Source: an uncultured delta proteobacterium
GTDB taxonomy: Bacteria; Myxococcota; Myxococcia; Myxococcales; Anaeromyxobacteraceae
Direction of reading: 5' to 3'
DNA length: 64,000 nucleotides
Assembly: GCA_963766715.1 (NCBI GenBank)
Contig: CAVYBH010000015.1
Coordinates: 96,001-160,000 of the forward strand
Shown: positions 11,146 to 21,611 of the stretch, one piece after another
Position numbering within the stretch: position 1 is the first letter of the stretch
Layout of the letters: each line of letters opens with the position of its first letter
Translations under genes and position numbers: made by a program
The notes under the pieces: model-generated
Told to the model about the DNA's origin: nothing
The model's database searches: none
Seen by the model: the letters and a program-made list of their open reading frames with translations, nothing else

Positions 11146-12144
11146 ATGCGGAAGATGCTGCTCGGCCTCCTGGCCTCCCTCCTGGTGCTCAACGTCGCCG
11201 CCGCGGCGCCGAAGTCGAAGGTGCGCATCGCGCTGATCGTGGAGTCGACGGTCGACGACAAGGGCTGGTGCCAGGCCATGCACGACGCCATCACGTCCGT
11301 GCAGAAGAAGTACGGGCCGGGGCTCGTCGAGTACGGGTACAGCGAGAAGATGAAGCCGGTGGACGCCGGGTCGGCCGCGCGCCAGTACGCGTCCAAGGGC
11401 TTCGACGTCATCATCGCGCACGGCGCCCAGTACAAGAACCTGATCCTCGAGATGGCCGAGGAGTTCCCCAAGACCACCTTCGTCTTCGGGACCAGCGCCG
11501 AGGTCGGGCCGAAGAACGTCTTCACGTACATGCCGCAGAGCGAGGAGACCGGATACCTGAACGGGCTCATCGCCGGCGCGGTCACGAAGACCAACGTGGT
11601 GGGGCTGGTGGGCCCGGTCGACGGCGGCGACGCCGCCCGGTACGACCGGGGCTTCGTCCTGGGCGTGAAGGCCGCGAACCCGAAGGCCGACGTCAAGGTG
11701 GCCCACACCGGGAGCTTCGGCGACTTCGTGAAGGCCGGAGAGCTGGCGCAGACCCAGATCAAGGCGGGCGCCGACGTCCTCACCGGCTCGTCCCAGCAGG
11801 CGCTCGGCGCGCTGCGCGCGGTGGCCGCCTACAAGGAGAAGAAGCTCTGGTGGGTCGGACAGGACCTCGCCCAGCTCAAGATGCCCGAGTCGGCGTGGGT
11901 CATCGCCGCCTCGAGCTACAACTACGCGCCGGTCATCGAGAGCATCGTCGACCGCCGGCAGGCCGGCATCCTCGGGGGCGAGAACATCCCCCTCAACTTC
12001 GCCAACGGCGGCTTCGTCTTCGAGTTCAACCCCGCGGTGGGTCCGCCGGTCGTGACGAAGGAGCTCCGGGACCGGGTCGAGGCCGCCAGGGCCGCCCTCG
12101 CCTCGGGCAAGCTCACGCTCGACTGGAAGAGCATCAAGTTCTGA
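11146..12144 (+). CDS. Second BMP-family ABC substrate-binding protein
   Basis: TVDDKGWCQAMHD, IIAHGAQY, signal peptide, RBS GAGGAG. Confidence 0.9.
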   Translation: MRKMLLGLLASLLVLNVAAAAPKSKVRIALIVESTVDDKGWCQAMHDAITSVQKKYGPGLVEYGYSEKMKPVDAGSAARQYASKGFDVIIAHGAQYKNLILEMAEEFPKTTFVFGTSAEVGPKNVFTYMPQSEETGYLNGLIAGAVTKTNVVGLVGPVDGGDAARYDRGFVLGVKAANPKADVKVAHTGSFGDFVKAGELAQTQIKAGADVLTGSSQQALGALRAVAAYKEKKLWWVGQDLAQLKMPESAWVIAASSYNYAPVIESIVDRRQAGILGGENIPLNFANGGFVFEFNPAVGPPVVTKELRDRVEAARAALASGKLTLDWKSIKF

Positions 12145-12166
12145 GGGCCTGGCCCCTGGAACACGC

Positions 12167-13688
12167 ATGAATCGAGCCGATCCGCGAGCTCGCGCTCGAG
12201 GGGATCACCAAGCGCTTCCCGGGCGTGCTGGCCTGCAACCGGGTCTCGCTCGAGGTTCGCCGCGGAGAGGCGCTGGCGCTCGTCGGGGAGAACGGCGCCG
12301 GCAAGTCCACGCTGATGAACATCCTCGCCGGGCTCTACCAGCCCGACGAGGGGCGCATCCTGGTGAACGGCGAGCCGGTCCACTTCACCTCCCCCGCCGA
12401 CGCCTTCGATCGCGGCATCGGGATGGTGCACCAGAACTTCATGCTGGTCCCCAGCATGACGGTGGCCGAGAACGTGGCCCTCGGCATGAAGACCCTCCAC
12501 CGGGGCTTCCGGCTCGACGTGAAGGAGGCGCGGCGGCGGGTCCTCGAGGTCTCGGCCCACCACGAGCTGCCGGTGAACCCGGACGCCCCGGTCTGGCAGC
12601 TCTCGGTCGGGGAGCAGCAGCGGGTCGAGCTGGTGAAGACGCTGTGCCTGGGCGCTCGCCTGCTCATCCTGGACGAGCCCACCTCCGCGCTGACGCCGCA
12701 GGAGACCGACGATCTCCTCGAGCGGCTCGCGCGGATGATGGCCGAGCTGTCGATCATCTTCATCAGCCACAAGCTGAACGAGGTGAAGGCCCTCTCCGAC
12801 CGGGTGACCATCCTCCGTCACGGCGAGGTGGTCTTCCACGGCAGCACGGTGGACCACTCCACCTCCGAGCTGGCCGCCCTGATGACGGGGCGCGACGTGA
12901 TCCAGCCGCGCAACGAGCATTCCGGCGCGCCGGGCAAGGAGATCCTCTCCGTGCGGGACCTCCGGGTCCGCGGCGATCGCGGCCACCTGGCGCTCGACGG
13001 CCTCGACCTGGACGTGCGGGCCGGCGAGATCCTGGGCCTGGCCGGGGTCTCCGGCAACGGGCAGCGCGAGCTGGCCGACGCGCTCGCCGGGCTCCGCCCC
13101 GTCGAGTCCGGCTCGATCCGCCTCGACGGCGCCGAGATCTCCGGATCCTCCCCGCGCGCCATCATCGACAAGGGCATGGGCTACGTCCCCGAGGATCGGC
13201 ACCACGAGGGGATCGTCCCGTCCTTCTCGGTGGAGGAGAACCTGGTCCTGAAGGACTTCGCCTCCCCGCGCTTCAGCCGCGGCGGCTTCCTGCGGCTCGG
13301 GGACATCCACCGGAACGCCGACGAGCTGCGCACGCGCTTCGACATCCGCTGCTCCTCCACCTCGGCGGCGGCGGGCACCCTCTCGGGCGGGAACATCCAG
13401 AAGGTCATCCTGGCGCGCGAGCTGGTCCGCGGGCCCAAGGCGCTGGTGGCGGTCTACCCGACGCGCGGCGTGGACATGGGCGCCGCCGAGTTCATCCACG
13501 GGCAGCTCCTCGCCCTGCGCCGGAGCTCGGTCGGCATCCTCCTCGTCTCGGAGGAGCTCGAGGAGATCATGAACCTCTCCGACCGGATCGCCGTCATCTA
13601 CAAGGGGCGCATCCTGGAGGTGCTCGCCTCCCGCGACGCCACCCGGCAGAAGCTCGGGCTCCTCATGGCCGGGGTGCCCCTTGGGTAG
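12167..13688 (+). CDS. ABC ATPase, two NBDs (frameshift near 5' end)
   Basis: [24 protein letters not shown]. Confidence 0.93.
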
Positions 13689-14804
13689 GCGCTTCCGGAT
13701 GCTCTACGCGGGCGGGGTGATCGCGGTGGCCGCCCTCGCGGCCGCCTCGCTCGTGGCGCTCGTGCTCGCGGCCATCGGCGCGAGCCCCTGGGCCACCTTC
13801 GGCGTCATCCTCACCGGACCGCTCCAGGATCTCTTCGGCGTGACCGAGATCCTGGTCCGCGCCGTGCCGCTCACCCTGGTGGCGCTGGGCGTCGCCATCT
13901 CCTTCCGGAGCGGCATCCTCAACATCGGCGCGGAGGGGCAGATCCTGGTGGGGATCCTCTGCGCCACCGGCGTGGCGCTGTGGCTTCCGCAGTGGCCCCG
14001 CGTCGGCGCTCCTGCCGCTCTGCCTCGCCGCCGGCGCCGTGGGCGGCGCGCTCTGGGGCGGGATCGCCGGCGTGCTGCGCGCGAAGCTCGACGTGAACGA
14101 GATCCTGAGCACGGTGATGCTCAACTACATCGCCGCGCAGCTCTACACCTTCATGCTCCGCGGGCCGCTCATCGATCCGGCCGAGATGATGACCGGGTCG
14201 GGCACCCCGCAATCGATGCGGCTCGCGCGTGCGGCCTGGCTCGATCGCCTGGTTCCGGGGACGAGGCTCCACACCGGGCTCGTGATCGCGCTCGTCCTGG
14301 CCGCCCTCGTCTGGGTGCTCCTCTGGCGGACCACGGCGGGCTTCCGGATGCGGGCCTCCGGCGCGGGGAGCAAGGCCGCCCGCTACGCCGGCATCCCCGT
14401 CGAGCGATCGCTCGTCGTCGCCATGCTCCTCGCCGGCGGCTTCGCCGGGCTGGCCGGCGCCATCGAGGTGCTCGGCGTGCACCACCGGGCCATCGAGAAC
14501 ATCTCCTCCGGGTACGGGTTCGCCGCGATCGTGGTGGCCCTCTTCGGCGGGCTCCACCCTGCCGGCATCGTGCCCGCCGCGGTCTTCTTCGGGCTGCTCC
14601 TCGTGGGCGCGGACATGACGCAGCGCTCGGCCGGCGTCCCGGCCAACATGGTGCTCGTGCTCCAGGGCGCCATCATCCTGGCCATCGTCTCGGCCCGGAT
14701 GTACGTCGACAATCCCGTACACCCGGCAGCGGGCCGCGCGCTTCCTCGAGCGCTTCCTGCCCGGGAGGTCCGCCGGCGGCGCGGCCGGGGAGCCCGGGCC
14801 ATGA
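13681..14804 (+). CDS. ABC permease (frameshifts ~14005 and ~14715)
   Basis: LNIGAEGQ, NEILSTVMLNY, GYGFAAIVVALFGGLHP; repaired frame ends at ATGA overlap 14801-14804. Confidence 0.88.
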
Positions 14805-15748
14805 CGCTCCAGCAGATGGCCTACGACATCCTCTCGCTCGGCGTCCCCTTCTCGGTGGCCCTGCTGCTCGCCGCGCTGGGCGAGATGTTCAACCAGCGCG
14901 CGGGGGTCTTCAACCTGGGGTGCGAGGGCATCATGAGCATGGGGGCCTTCGTCGGCTTCCTGCCCGCGTACCTGGCCCGCTCCGGCTCGCTGGGGCCCTG
15001 GGCCGACCTGCTCGGATTCGCGCTCGCGGCGCTGGCCGGCGTGCTCCTCGGGCTGCTCTTCGGGCTCGTGACCGTCACCTTCCGCGCCCCGCAGGGCATC
15101 GCCGGCATCGGCCTCGCCATGCTCGGCACCGGCGTCGCCGGCACGCTGTTCCGCCACTACGTCGGCGGCGTGACGGGCGTGGAGGGCGTGGCCGCGATGC
15201 CGATCCCGTGGCTCTCGCGCATCCCCTTCCTGGGCGGCGTCCTCTTCCACCACAACCCGGTGGTCTACGTCGCCTTCCTCCTGGTCCCGGCGAGCTGGTA
15301 CCTGCTCTACCGCACCTCCTGGGGGCTCCGGGTCCGGGCGGTGGGCACGCATCCCCGCGCGGCGGACACCATGGGGATCGACGTGAACCGGGTGCGCTAC
15401 CAGGCGCTCATGCTGGGCGGGGCCATGGGCGCCATGGGCGGCGCCTACCTGGCCCTGTGCCAGGCCAAGATGTTCGCCGACGACCTGGTGGCGGGGCGAG
15501 GGTTCATCGCGGTGGCGCTCGTCTACTTCGGCCGGTGGAGCCCCTGGGGCGTCGCCGGCGGCGCGCTGCTCTTCAGCCTCGCCCAGTCCCTGCAGCTCTC
15601 CCTCCAGGTCTGGGGGATCAAGTTCCCGTACGAGTTCGCCGTGATGCTCCCGTACGTCCTCGTGATCGTCGTGCTGGCGCTGGCCCGGTCCCGGACGCTC
15701 GGCCCCACGGCGCTCGGGAAGGCGTTCAACCGGGAGATGCGGATCTGA
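14801..15748 (+). CDS. ABC permease
   Basis: QRAGVFNLGCEG, AGRGFIAVALV, MLPYVL. Confidence 0.92.
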   Translation: MTLQQMAYDILSLGVPFSVALLLAALGEMFNQRAGVFNLGCEGIMSMGAFVGFLPAYLARSGSLGPWADLLGFALAALAGVLLGLLFGLVTVTFRAPQGIAGIGLAMLGTGVAGTLFRHYVGGVTGVEGVAAMPIPWLSRIPFLGGVLFHHNPVVYVAFLLVPASWYLLYRTSWGLRVRAVGTHPRAADTMGIDVNRVRYQALMLGGAMGAMGGAYLALCQAKMFADDLVAGRGFIAVALVYFGRWSPWGVAGGALLFSLAQSLQLSLQVWGIKFPYEFAVMLPYVLVIVVLALARSRTLGPTALGKAFNREMRI

Positions 15749-17408
15749 AGCCCGCCTGGAACATCGGCGCGAGCCCGACCACCAGCGCGCAGCCGATGAC
15801 GTTGTACCAGAGGTAGCCCACGTTCCCGAAGGCGGCGAGCGCCAGCACCGCGGCCTCGCCGGCGAGCGTGGCGGCGAGCGCGGCGCGCCCCTGGACGCGC
15901 GCGAGGAAGAAGCCCACCAGGAAGACGCCGAGCATGGGCCCGTAGAAGAGCGAGCCCACCACGTTCACCGCCTGGATGAGGTTGTCGAGGAGCGACGCGA
16001 ACCCCGCGAAGCCCACCGCGACCGCGCCCCACGCGGCGGTCGCGATCCGGGCCACGCGGAGCGTCTGGGCGTCGGTCGCGCCGGGGTGGCGCGGCTTGTA
16101 GAAGTCGACCACGGTGGTGGCGCCGAGCGACGAGAGCGCCGCCGAGTTCGCCGACATGGCCGCCGAGAGGATCACCGCCACGAGGAGCCCGACGAGGCCC
16201 CGGGGAAAGTGATCGAGCACGAACCGGAGGAAGATGAAGTCGGAGTCCTTCCGGTCGGCTCCGGGCAGGGTTCGCGTGGCGAGCGACCCGAACTCCTTGC
16301 GGATCGATTCCATCCGCGATTCCTGCACCCGCACCTCGGCCCTCGCCGCGGCGCTCTCGGCCGGCGCCGCCGACGGCGCGAGCATCCGATCGATGGCCAC
16401 GCGCTTCTCCGCGAAGGCAGCCCCGTAGGCGGTCTCGAGGCGCGCCACGTCGGCGCCGCTCCGCTCCCGGACCCCCTCGAGCGTGGCCCGGTCGAAGAAG
16501 AGCGGCGGCGGGCTCAGCTGGTAGAAGACGAAGACCATGACCCCGATGAAGAGGATGAAGAACTGCATCGGGACCTTCAGGAAGCCGTTCATGAGCAGGC
16601 CGAGCCGGCTCTGCGAGAGCGGCCCGCCCGCCAGGTAGCGTTGCACCTGCGACTGGTCGGTGCCGAAGTAGGCGAGCTGGACGAAGAGCCCGCCGAGCAG
16701 CCCGGACCAGAGCGTGTAGCGCGTGTCGACGCGCGCCGAGAGGTCGACGGCGTGGAGCTTGCCGAGCGCGCCGGCGAGCTCGATGCCCTGGCCCAGCGAG
16801 ACGCCGCTCGGGAAGCTCGCCACCGCGGTGACGAGCGCCGCGAGCAGCCCCACGAAGATGACCACCATCTGCGCGGACTGCGTCCGGCTCACCGCCCGGC
16901 TGCCGCCCGCCACGGTGTAGGCGATGGTGATGCCGCCGAGCAGGAGGTTCGTCCAGCCCGCCGGCCAGCCCAGCACCGCAGAGAGCACCAGCGCCGGCGC
17001 GTAGATGGCGAGCCCGGAGGCGAGGCCGCGCGAGACCAGGAAGAGCAGCGCCACGAACTGGCGCGTCCGGCGATCGAAGCGCCTCTCGAGGTACTCGTAG
17101 GCCGTGTAGACGTTCAGGCGGTGGTAGATGGGCAGGAAGACCACCGACAGGATCACCATCGCGACGGGCAGCCCGAAGTAGAACTGCACGAAGCCCACGC
17201 CGTCCACGTAGGCCTGGCCGGGAACCGACAGGAAGGTGATGGCGCTCGCCTGGGTGGCGATCACCGAGAGCCCGATGGTCCACCAGCGCAGGTCGGCCCC
17301 GGCGCGCAGGTAGGCGTCGGTGGTGTGGACGCGGCGGCTCCTCCAGGAGCCGTAGGCCACGATCCCGGCGAGGGTGAGGGCGAGCACCGCCCAGTCGAGG
17401 CCGCTCAC
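15726..17408 (-). CDS. Sodium:solute symporter (SSS) family transporter
   Basis: ATQASAITFLSVPGQAY, TAYEYLERRFD, GTDQSQVQRYL, SAAMSANSAAL. Confidence 0.95.
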   Translation of the reverse strand: MSGLDWAVLALTLAGIVAYGSWRSRRVHTTDAYLRAGADLRWWTIGLSVIATQASAITFLSVPGQAYVDGVGFVQFYFGLPVAMVILSVVFLPIYHRLNVYTAYEYLERRFDRRTRQFVALLFLVSRGLASGLAIYAPALVLSAVLGWPAGWTNLLLGGITIAYTVAGGSRAVSRTQSAQMVVIFVGLLAALVTAVASFPSGVSLGQGIELAGALGKLHAVDLSARVDTRYTLWSGLLGGLFVQLAYFGTDQSQVQRYLAGGPLSQSRLGLLMNGFLKVPMQFFILFIGVMVFVFYQLSPPPLFFDRATLEGVRERSGADVARLETAYGAAFAEKRVAIDRMLAPSAAPAESAAARAEVRVQESRMESIRKEFGSLATRTLPGADRKDSDFIFLRFVLDHFPRGLVGLLVAVILSAAMSANSAALSSLGATTVVDFYKPRHPGATDAQTLRVARIATAAWGAVAVGFAGFASLLDNLIQAVNVVGSLFYGPMLGVFLVGFFLARVQGRAALAATLAGEAAVLALAAFGNVGYLWYNVIGCALVVGLAPMFQAGFRSASPG

Positions 17409-17503
17409 GGGAACGCCCTCGAGAGCAGCCACAGGAGCGCGATCTCCACGGCGAGCGCCGCGAGCACCAGCGCGTACAGGCGCCCCCAGGACCTAGCGGG
17501 CAT
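17405..17503 (-). CDS. 32-aa single-TM micro-protein between PIG-L and SSS (not in ORF track)
   Basis: MPARSWGRLYALVLAALAVEIALLWLLSRAFP*; overlaps the PIG-L stop, and its TGA overlaps the SSS GTG. Confidence 0.7.
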   Translation of the reverse strand: MPARSWGRLYALVLAALAVEIALLWLLSRAFP

Positions 17504-19964
17504 GGTCGAGGAGGTTCGCGAAGAGCCGGAAGGCGCCCGGGACGCCGGCGGGGAGCTGCCGGAAGAAGGAGAGCCCCGTGTAGACGAAGACCCCCTTCCC
17601 GTAGGCGCCGACGAGGAGCGCGCCCTTCTGGGGCTTCTCGCCCGGGTCGTGCATCGACAGCGGCGCCGCGTAGCGATCGTCCCAGGTCTCGGCGAAGTAG
17701 AGCCCGCGCTCCTGGACCCAGCCCGCCCAGTCGGCGGCCTCGATCCGGTTGGGCGTCGAGAGCACCGGGCTCGGCGTGGCCGTCACGGCGGCGTCCTCGT
17801 CGGTGACCCGGCCGCGACCGATGGTGAACGGGTAGGGCCCGATGTCGGGCGGCGCGTTCGAGATCCAGTTGTGGGTCAGGTACTGGACGACCACCGTCCC
17901 GCCGCGCTTCACGTAGGCCATGAGCGGGTCGTGCAGGCCCGCCAGCTGCGGCGTCACGTTGAAGGCCCGGATCCCGAAGACGATGGCGTCGAAGCGGTCG
18001 AGGGGCCGGTCGCGAAGCTCCTGGGGCGTGAGCAGCGTGACCGCGTAGCCCGCCTGGCGGAGCGCGTCCGGCACCTCGTCGCCCGGGCCGGGCACGTAGC
18101 CGATCTCGTGGCGCGCGTGGAGCACGTCGACGCGGGTGAGCCTCACCTCGGCGAGCGGCAGCCAGGTCTGGATGGGGATGTGCGCGTGGTCCACGCGTCG
18201 GACGCCGCGGTCGAAGCGCTCCCCGTCCACGGTGGCGACCGCGAGCAGCCGCCCGGTCGCGGCCGTCCTCGGCGGGGTGACCCGGAAGGTCACCTCCGTC
18301 TCGCCCCCCGCGGCGAGCTGGAACGGGAGGCTGGCCGGGGTGAAGGTGAAGCCCTCGGGAACCTCGAGGGTCACGGTCCCGGTCGCGCCGGAGACGCTCC
18401 GGAGCGTCACCGAGAACGGGCGCGGAGCGGCCTCGGGGAAGAGCAGGAGCTCGCCCCGCGGATCGAGCGTGACGCGCGGAAGGACCTCCACCCGCCGGTA
18501 GCGTTCCCCCTGGACCGGGTCCACCCACTTGAAGACGACCGGGCGGCGGACCCGGAGGGTCTCTCCGCCGATGGAGAGGACGAACTCCGCCTCGAGCGGG
18601 GCCGGCTCCTCCGGGATGCCGGCGAGCGCCGGGTCGGCCACCGGGTAGAGCCCCGGCGTGGCCGCCACCTCGAGCCAGGCCGGGTTCGAATAGCGGGCGT
18701 CCCGGGGAACCTGGATGGCCTCCTTCTGCTCGAACGGCACGTTCGACTGGAGCTTGCGCCCCGGCGAGAGGTCCTTCCCCGGAAGCCTGACCTCGACGAG
18801 GTCGATCGCCACCGGCCGCCGCGCCAGCGCGGTGACGGTGACGGGCAAGGACGCGCCTCGGGAGGTGGCCGGCGCCCCGGCCGCGACCTCGGTGAAGATC
18901 CCGGCGCAGGCCAGGATGGCCGCCTCGATCTCCGCCAGCTTCTGCGCCTTCCACGGATTCCCGGGAAGCCGCGCCAGCTCGGCCCGCGCCGCGAGCAGCC
19001 CCGGGATCGCCGCCTCGGGCGTGGCGGCACGGAAGGCGGCGCGCGCCCGGGTGAGCTCGGCGACCAGCCGGGCCGTGCCCGGGACCCGCGTCCAGTCGAG
19101 GGTCAGTCCATCGAACGGCGACGCCTGCATGGGCTCGCCGGCGATCGGCTTGAAGAACTCGAGCACGGGTCCGCGGCGACGAGCGGCCCCGAAGCCCTGG
19201 CTCTTGTGGTTGCTGCGGCTGTCGGCGGCGAGCTCGCCGTAGGAGAGCCCGAGCCACGGGTCGTATCCGCCCACGTCGACGCGGGGGAAGGCGGAGAGCT
19301 CGCTCTCCGTGGCGCCCCAGCCCGCGGTCTGGTTCCAGACCACCCGCCTCGCCTTCCAGGCTCCGAGTCGCCGGTGCTCGGCATCGGGCATGTAGGCGGG
19401 GTCGGCGGCGAGCGCGAAGGCGTCGGCCGCGAGCTTCGCCGATGCGATGTGGTGACCGTGGGTGTCGAGCCCGTCGAGCGGGAAGCGGGTGATGACCACG
19501 TCGGGGCGCAGGCGCCGGATGGCGAGGACCACGTCGGCCAGCACCGCGTCCCGGCCCCAGATGGCGAGCGACTCCTCGGCGCTCTTCGAGTAGCCGAAGT
19601 CGCGAGCGCGGGTGAAGAGCTGCTCGGCGCCGTCCTGGGCGCGGGCCGCCAGCAGCTCCTGGGTGCGGATGAGCCCGAGGCCTGGACCGAGGTCGGGGCC
19701 GATGAGGTTCTGTCCGCCGTCCCCGCGGGTGATCGACAGGTAGCCCGCTCCGAGCAGCTTCCCGTTCGCCAGGTAGGCGAGGAGCCGCGTGTTCTCGTCG
19801 TCGGGGTGGGCCGCCACGAAGAGCACGTTGCCCACCACGAGGAGCCGATCGAGCTGCCGCTCGAGCCGCGCGGCGTCCGGCTGGGGGGGGCGCAAGGGCG
19901 GCGCCGCGACGGCTGTGGAGGCGAGCAGGAGGGCGGCCATGGCGGCAGGAGGGGTTCGGGGCAT
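17493..19964 (-). CDS. Secreted multidomain PIG-L/LmbE-family deacetylase (Ig-like middle, class I GATase-like C-terminus)
   Basis: AAHPDDE, TRGDGGQN, RTQELLAAR, DFGYSKS, HGHH; hydrophobic N-terminus ending AVAA. Confidence 0.9.
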   Translation of the reverse strand: MPRTPPAAMAALLLASTAVAAPPLRPPQPDAARLERQLDRLLVVGNVLFVAAHPDDENTRLLAYLANGKLLGAGYLSITRGDGGQNLIGPDLGPGLGLIRTQELLAARAQDGAEQLFTRARDFGYSKSAEESLAIWGRDAVLADVVLAIRRLRPDVVITRFPLDGLDTHGHHIASAKLAADAFALAADPAYMPDAEHRRLGAWKARRVVWNQTAGWGATESELSAFPRVDVGGYDPWLGLSYGELAADSRSNHKSQGFGAARRRGPVLEFFKPIAGEPMQASPFDGLTLDWTRVPGTARLVAELTRARAAFRAATPEAAIPGLLAARAELARLPGNPWKAQKLAEIEAAILACAGIFTEVAAGAPATSRGASLPVTVTALARRPVAIDLVEVRLPGKDLSPGRKLQSNVPFEQKEAIQVPRDARYSNPAWLEVAATPGLYPVADPALAGIPEEPAPLEAEFVLSIGGETLRVRRPVVFKWVDPVQGERYRRVEVLPRVTLDPRGELLLFPEAAPRPFSVTLRSVSGATGTVTLEVPEGFTFTPASLPFQLAAGGETEVTFRVTPPRTAATGRLLAVATVDGERFDRGVRRVDHAHIPIQTWLPLAEVRLTRVDVLHARHEIGYVPGPGDEVPDALRQAGYAVTLLTPQELRDRPLDRFDAIVFGIRAFNVTPQLAGLHDPLMAYVKRGGTVVVQYLTHNWISNAPPDIGPYPFTIGRGRVTDEDAAVTATPSPVLSTPNRIEAADWAGWVQERGLYFAETWDDRYAAPLSMHDPGEKPQKGALLVGAYGKGVFVYTGLSFFRQLPAGVPGAFRLFANLLDHAR

Positions 19965-20007
19965 TTGGTGGGAAGCACGCGGCCTTGCGGTTAGCTTCCT
20001 TGTCTAA

Positions 20008-21611
20008 ATGAACATGGACTTCTTTGCCTCGTTCATCGACGGGGCAAGCGCCGCCACGGACTTGCTGCCCGCGAGGCCTCTCGACGAGGCGGCCTGGGCG
20101 GCGGCCGCCCGGCGAGCCAGCGGCCGGGGCCTGGCCCCCGGGCTGCTCGCCGAGATCCGGCGGCAATCCGCCGCGCTTCCCCCCTCGCCCGCCCGGGAAC
20201 GCAGCCTGGAATCGCTCTCCCGGCCGGACGCCACGGTCGTCGTGACCGGCCAGCAGGTGGGGCTCTTCCTCGGGCCGCTCTACACCCTGCACAAGGCGGC
20301 GACGGTGGTGGCCCGCGCCCGGATGGTCGAGCGGCTCACCGGCCTGCCCTGCGTCCCGGTGTTCTGGCTCCAGACCGAGGACCACGACTGGGCCGAGATC
20401 GCGACCGCCGAGGTCCTCGTCCCGGCAGGTCGCCAGGTGCTGGCGCTCCCGCCGGAGTCCCCGCAGGCGGCGCGCCTCTCCCTCTCCCACCGCACCCTGC
20501 CCGCGGAGGTGGAAGGACTCGTCTCGAGGCTGACGGAGCTCCTCGAGCCCCTGCCCTTCGCGGCCGAGGTGACGGGGCTCCTCGGGCGCCACTACCGCGC
20601 CGGCGCCGCGCCTGGCGCCGCCTTCGCCGGGGTCCTGGCCGAGCTCTTCTCCCGCGAGGGGCTCGTCGTCCTCGATCCCCGGACGCCCGCGATCTCCCGC
20701 CTGGCGGCGCCCGTGCTGCGGCGAGCCGTCGTCGAGCACGCCGAGATCGGGGCGCTCCTCGGCGCCCGGGCGGCCGAGCTCGCCGCGCGGCACTTCGCCG
20801 AGCAGGTGCATACCCGCGGCGAGACCTCGCTCGCCTTCTTCCATCCGCGCGGGCCGGGCGGTCCGCGCTACCGGCTGGTGGGCGACGGGGCGGGGTATTC
20901 CACCCCGGAGGGGCCGGTCTCGCGCGCCGCCCTGCTCGGGCAACTCGAGCAGGACCCGCTCTGGTTCAGCACCTCCGCGCTCCTGCGGCCGCTCGTGCAG
21001 GACACGCTCCTCCCCACGGCCGCCTACGTCGGCGGCCCGGCCGAGTGCACCTACTTCGCCCAGCTCCCGCCCCTCTACGCGCGCTTCGGTCTCGAGCTGC
21101 CCATGATCGCGCCGCGCGCCCGGCTGCGGCTGGTCGTTCCGAAGGCGCGCCGCGAGCTCGAGCGGCTCGGGCTGCGGACCGCCGACACCGACCGGCCGCG
21201 CGACGTGCTGCTCCAGGAGCTCGTCGCCCGCCCGCCCGACCTGCCTCCCGGGGACGCGCTGCGCGAGCGTCTGCTCGGCTCGCTCGAGCGCGAGCTCTCG
21301 GCCCTCTCTCCGGCGCTCGCCGCCCTCGACCCCCTGCTCGAGCGGAACGTCGCGGCGGACCGCGGGACCACGCCACCTTCGCGGTGGGCCGGCTCGTCGC
21401 CGGGGTGGAGCGGGCGCTCGCCAGGAAGGACGAGGTGACCGTGAAGCGGCTCGATCGGCTGCTCGAGGCGCTCCGCCCGTCCGGCAAGCCGCAGGAGCGG
21501 GTCTACGCCTTCCCGGCGCTCGCGGCGCGCGCCGGCTGCCGCGTGCTCGTCGACGCCATCGTCGCCGCGGCCGAGCCCCTCTCCCCCGCGGTGAGGGACG
21601 TGAACCTGTGA
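20008..21611 (+). CDS. bshC: Bacillithiol cysteine-adding enzyme BshC (frameshift ~21360)
   Basis: VVTGQQVGLFLGPLYTLHKA, PVFWLQTEDHDWAEI, LLRPLVQD, YVGGPAECTYFAQ, PQERV. Confidence 0.93.
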
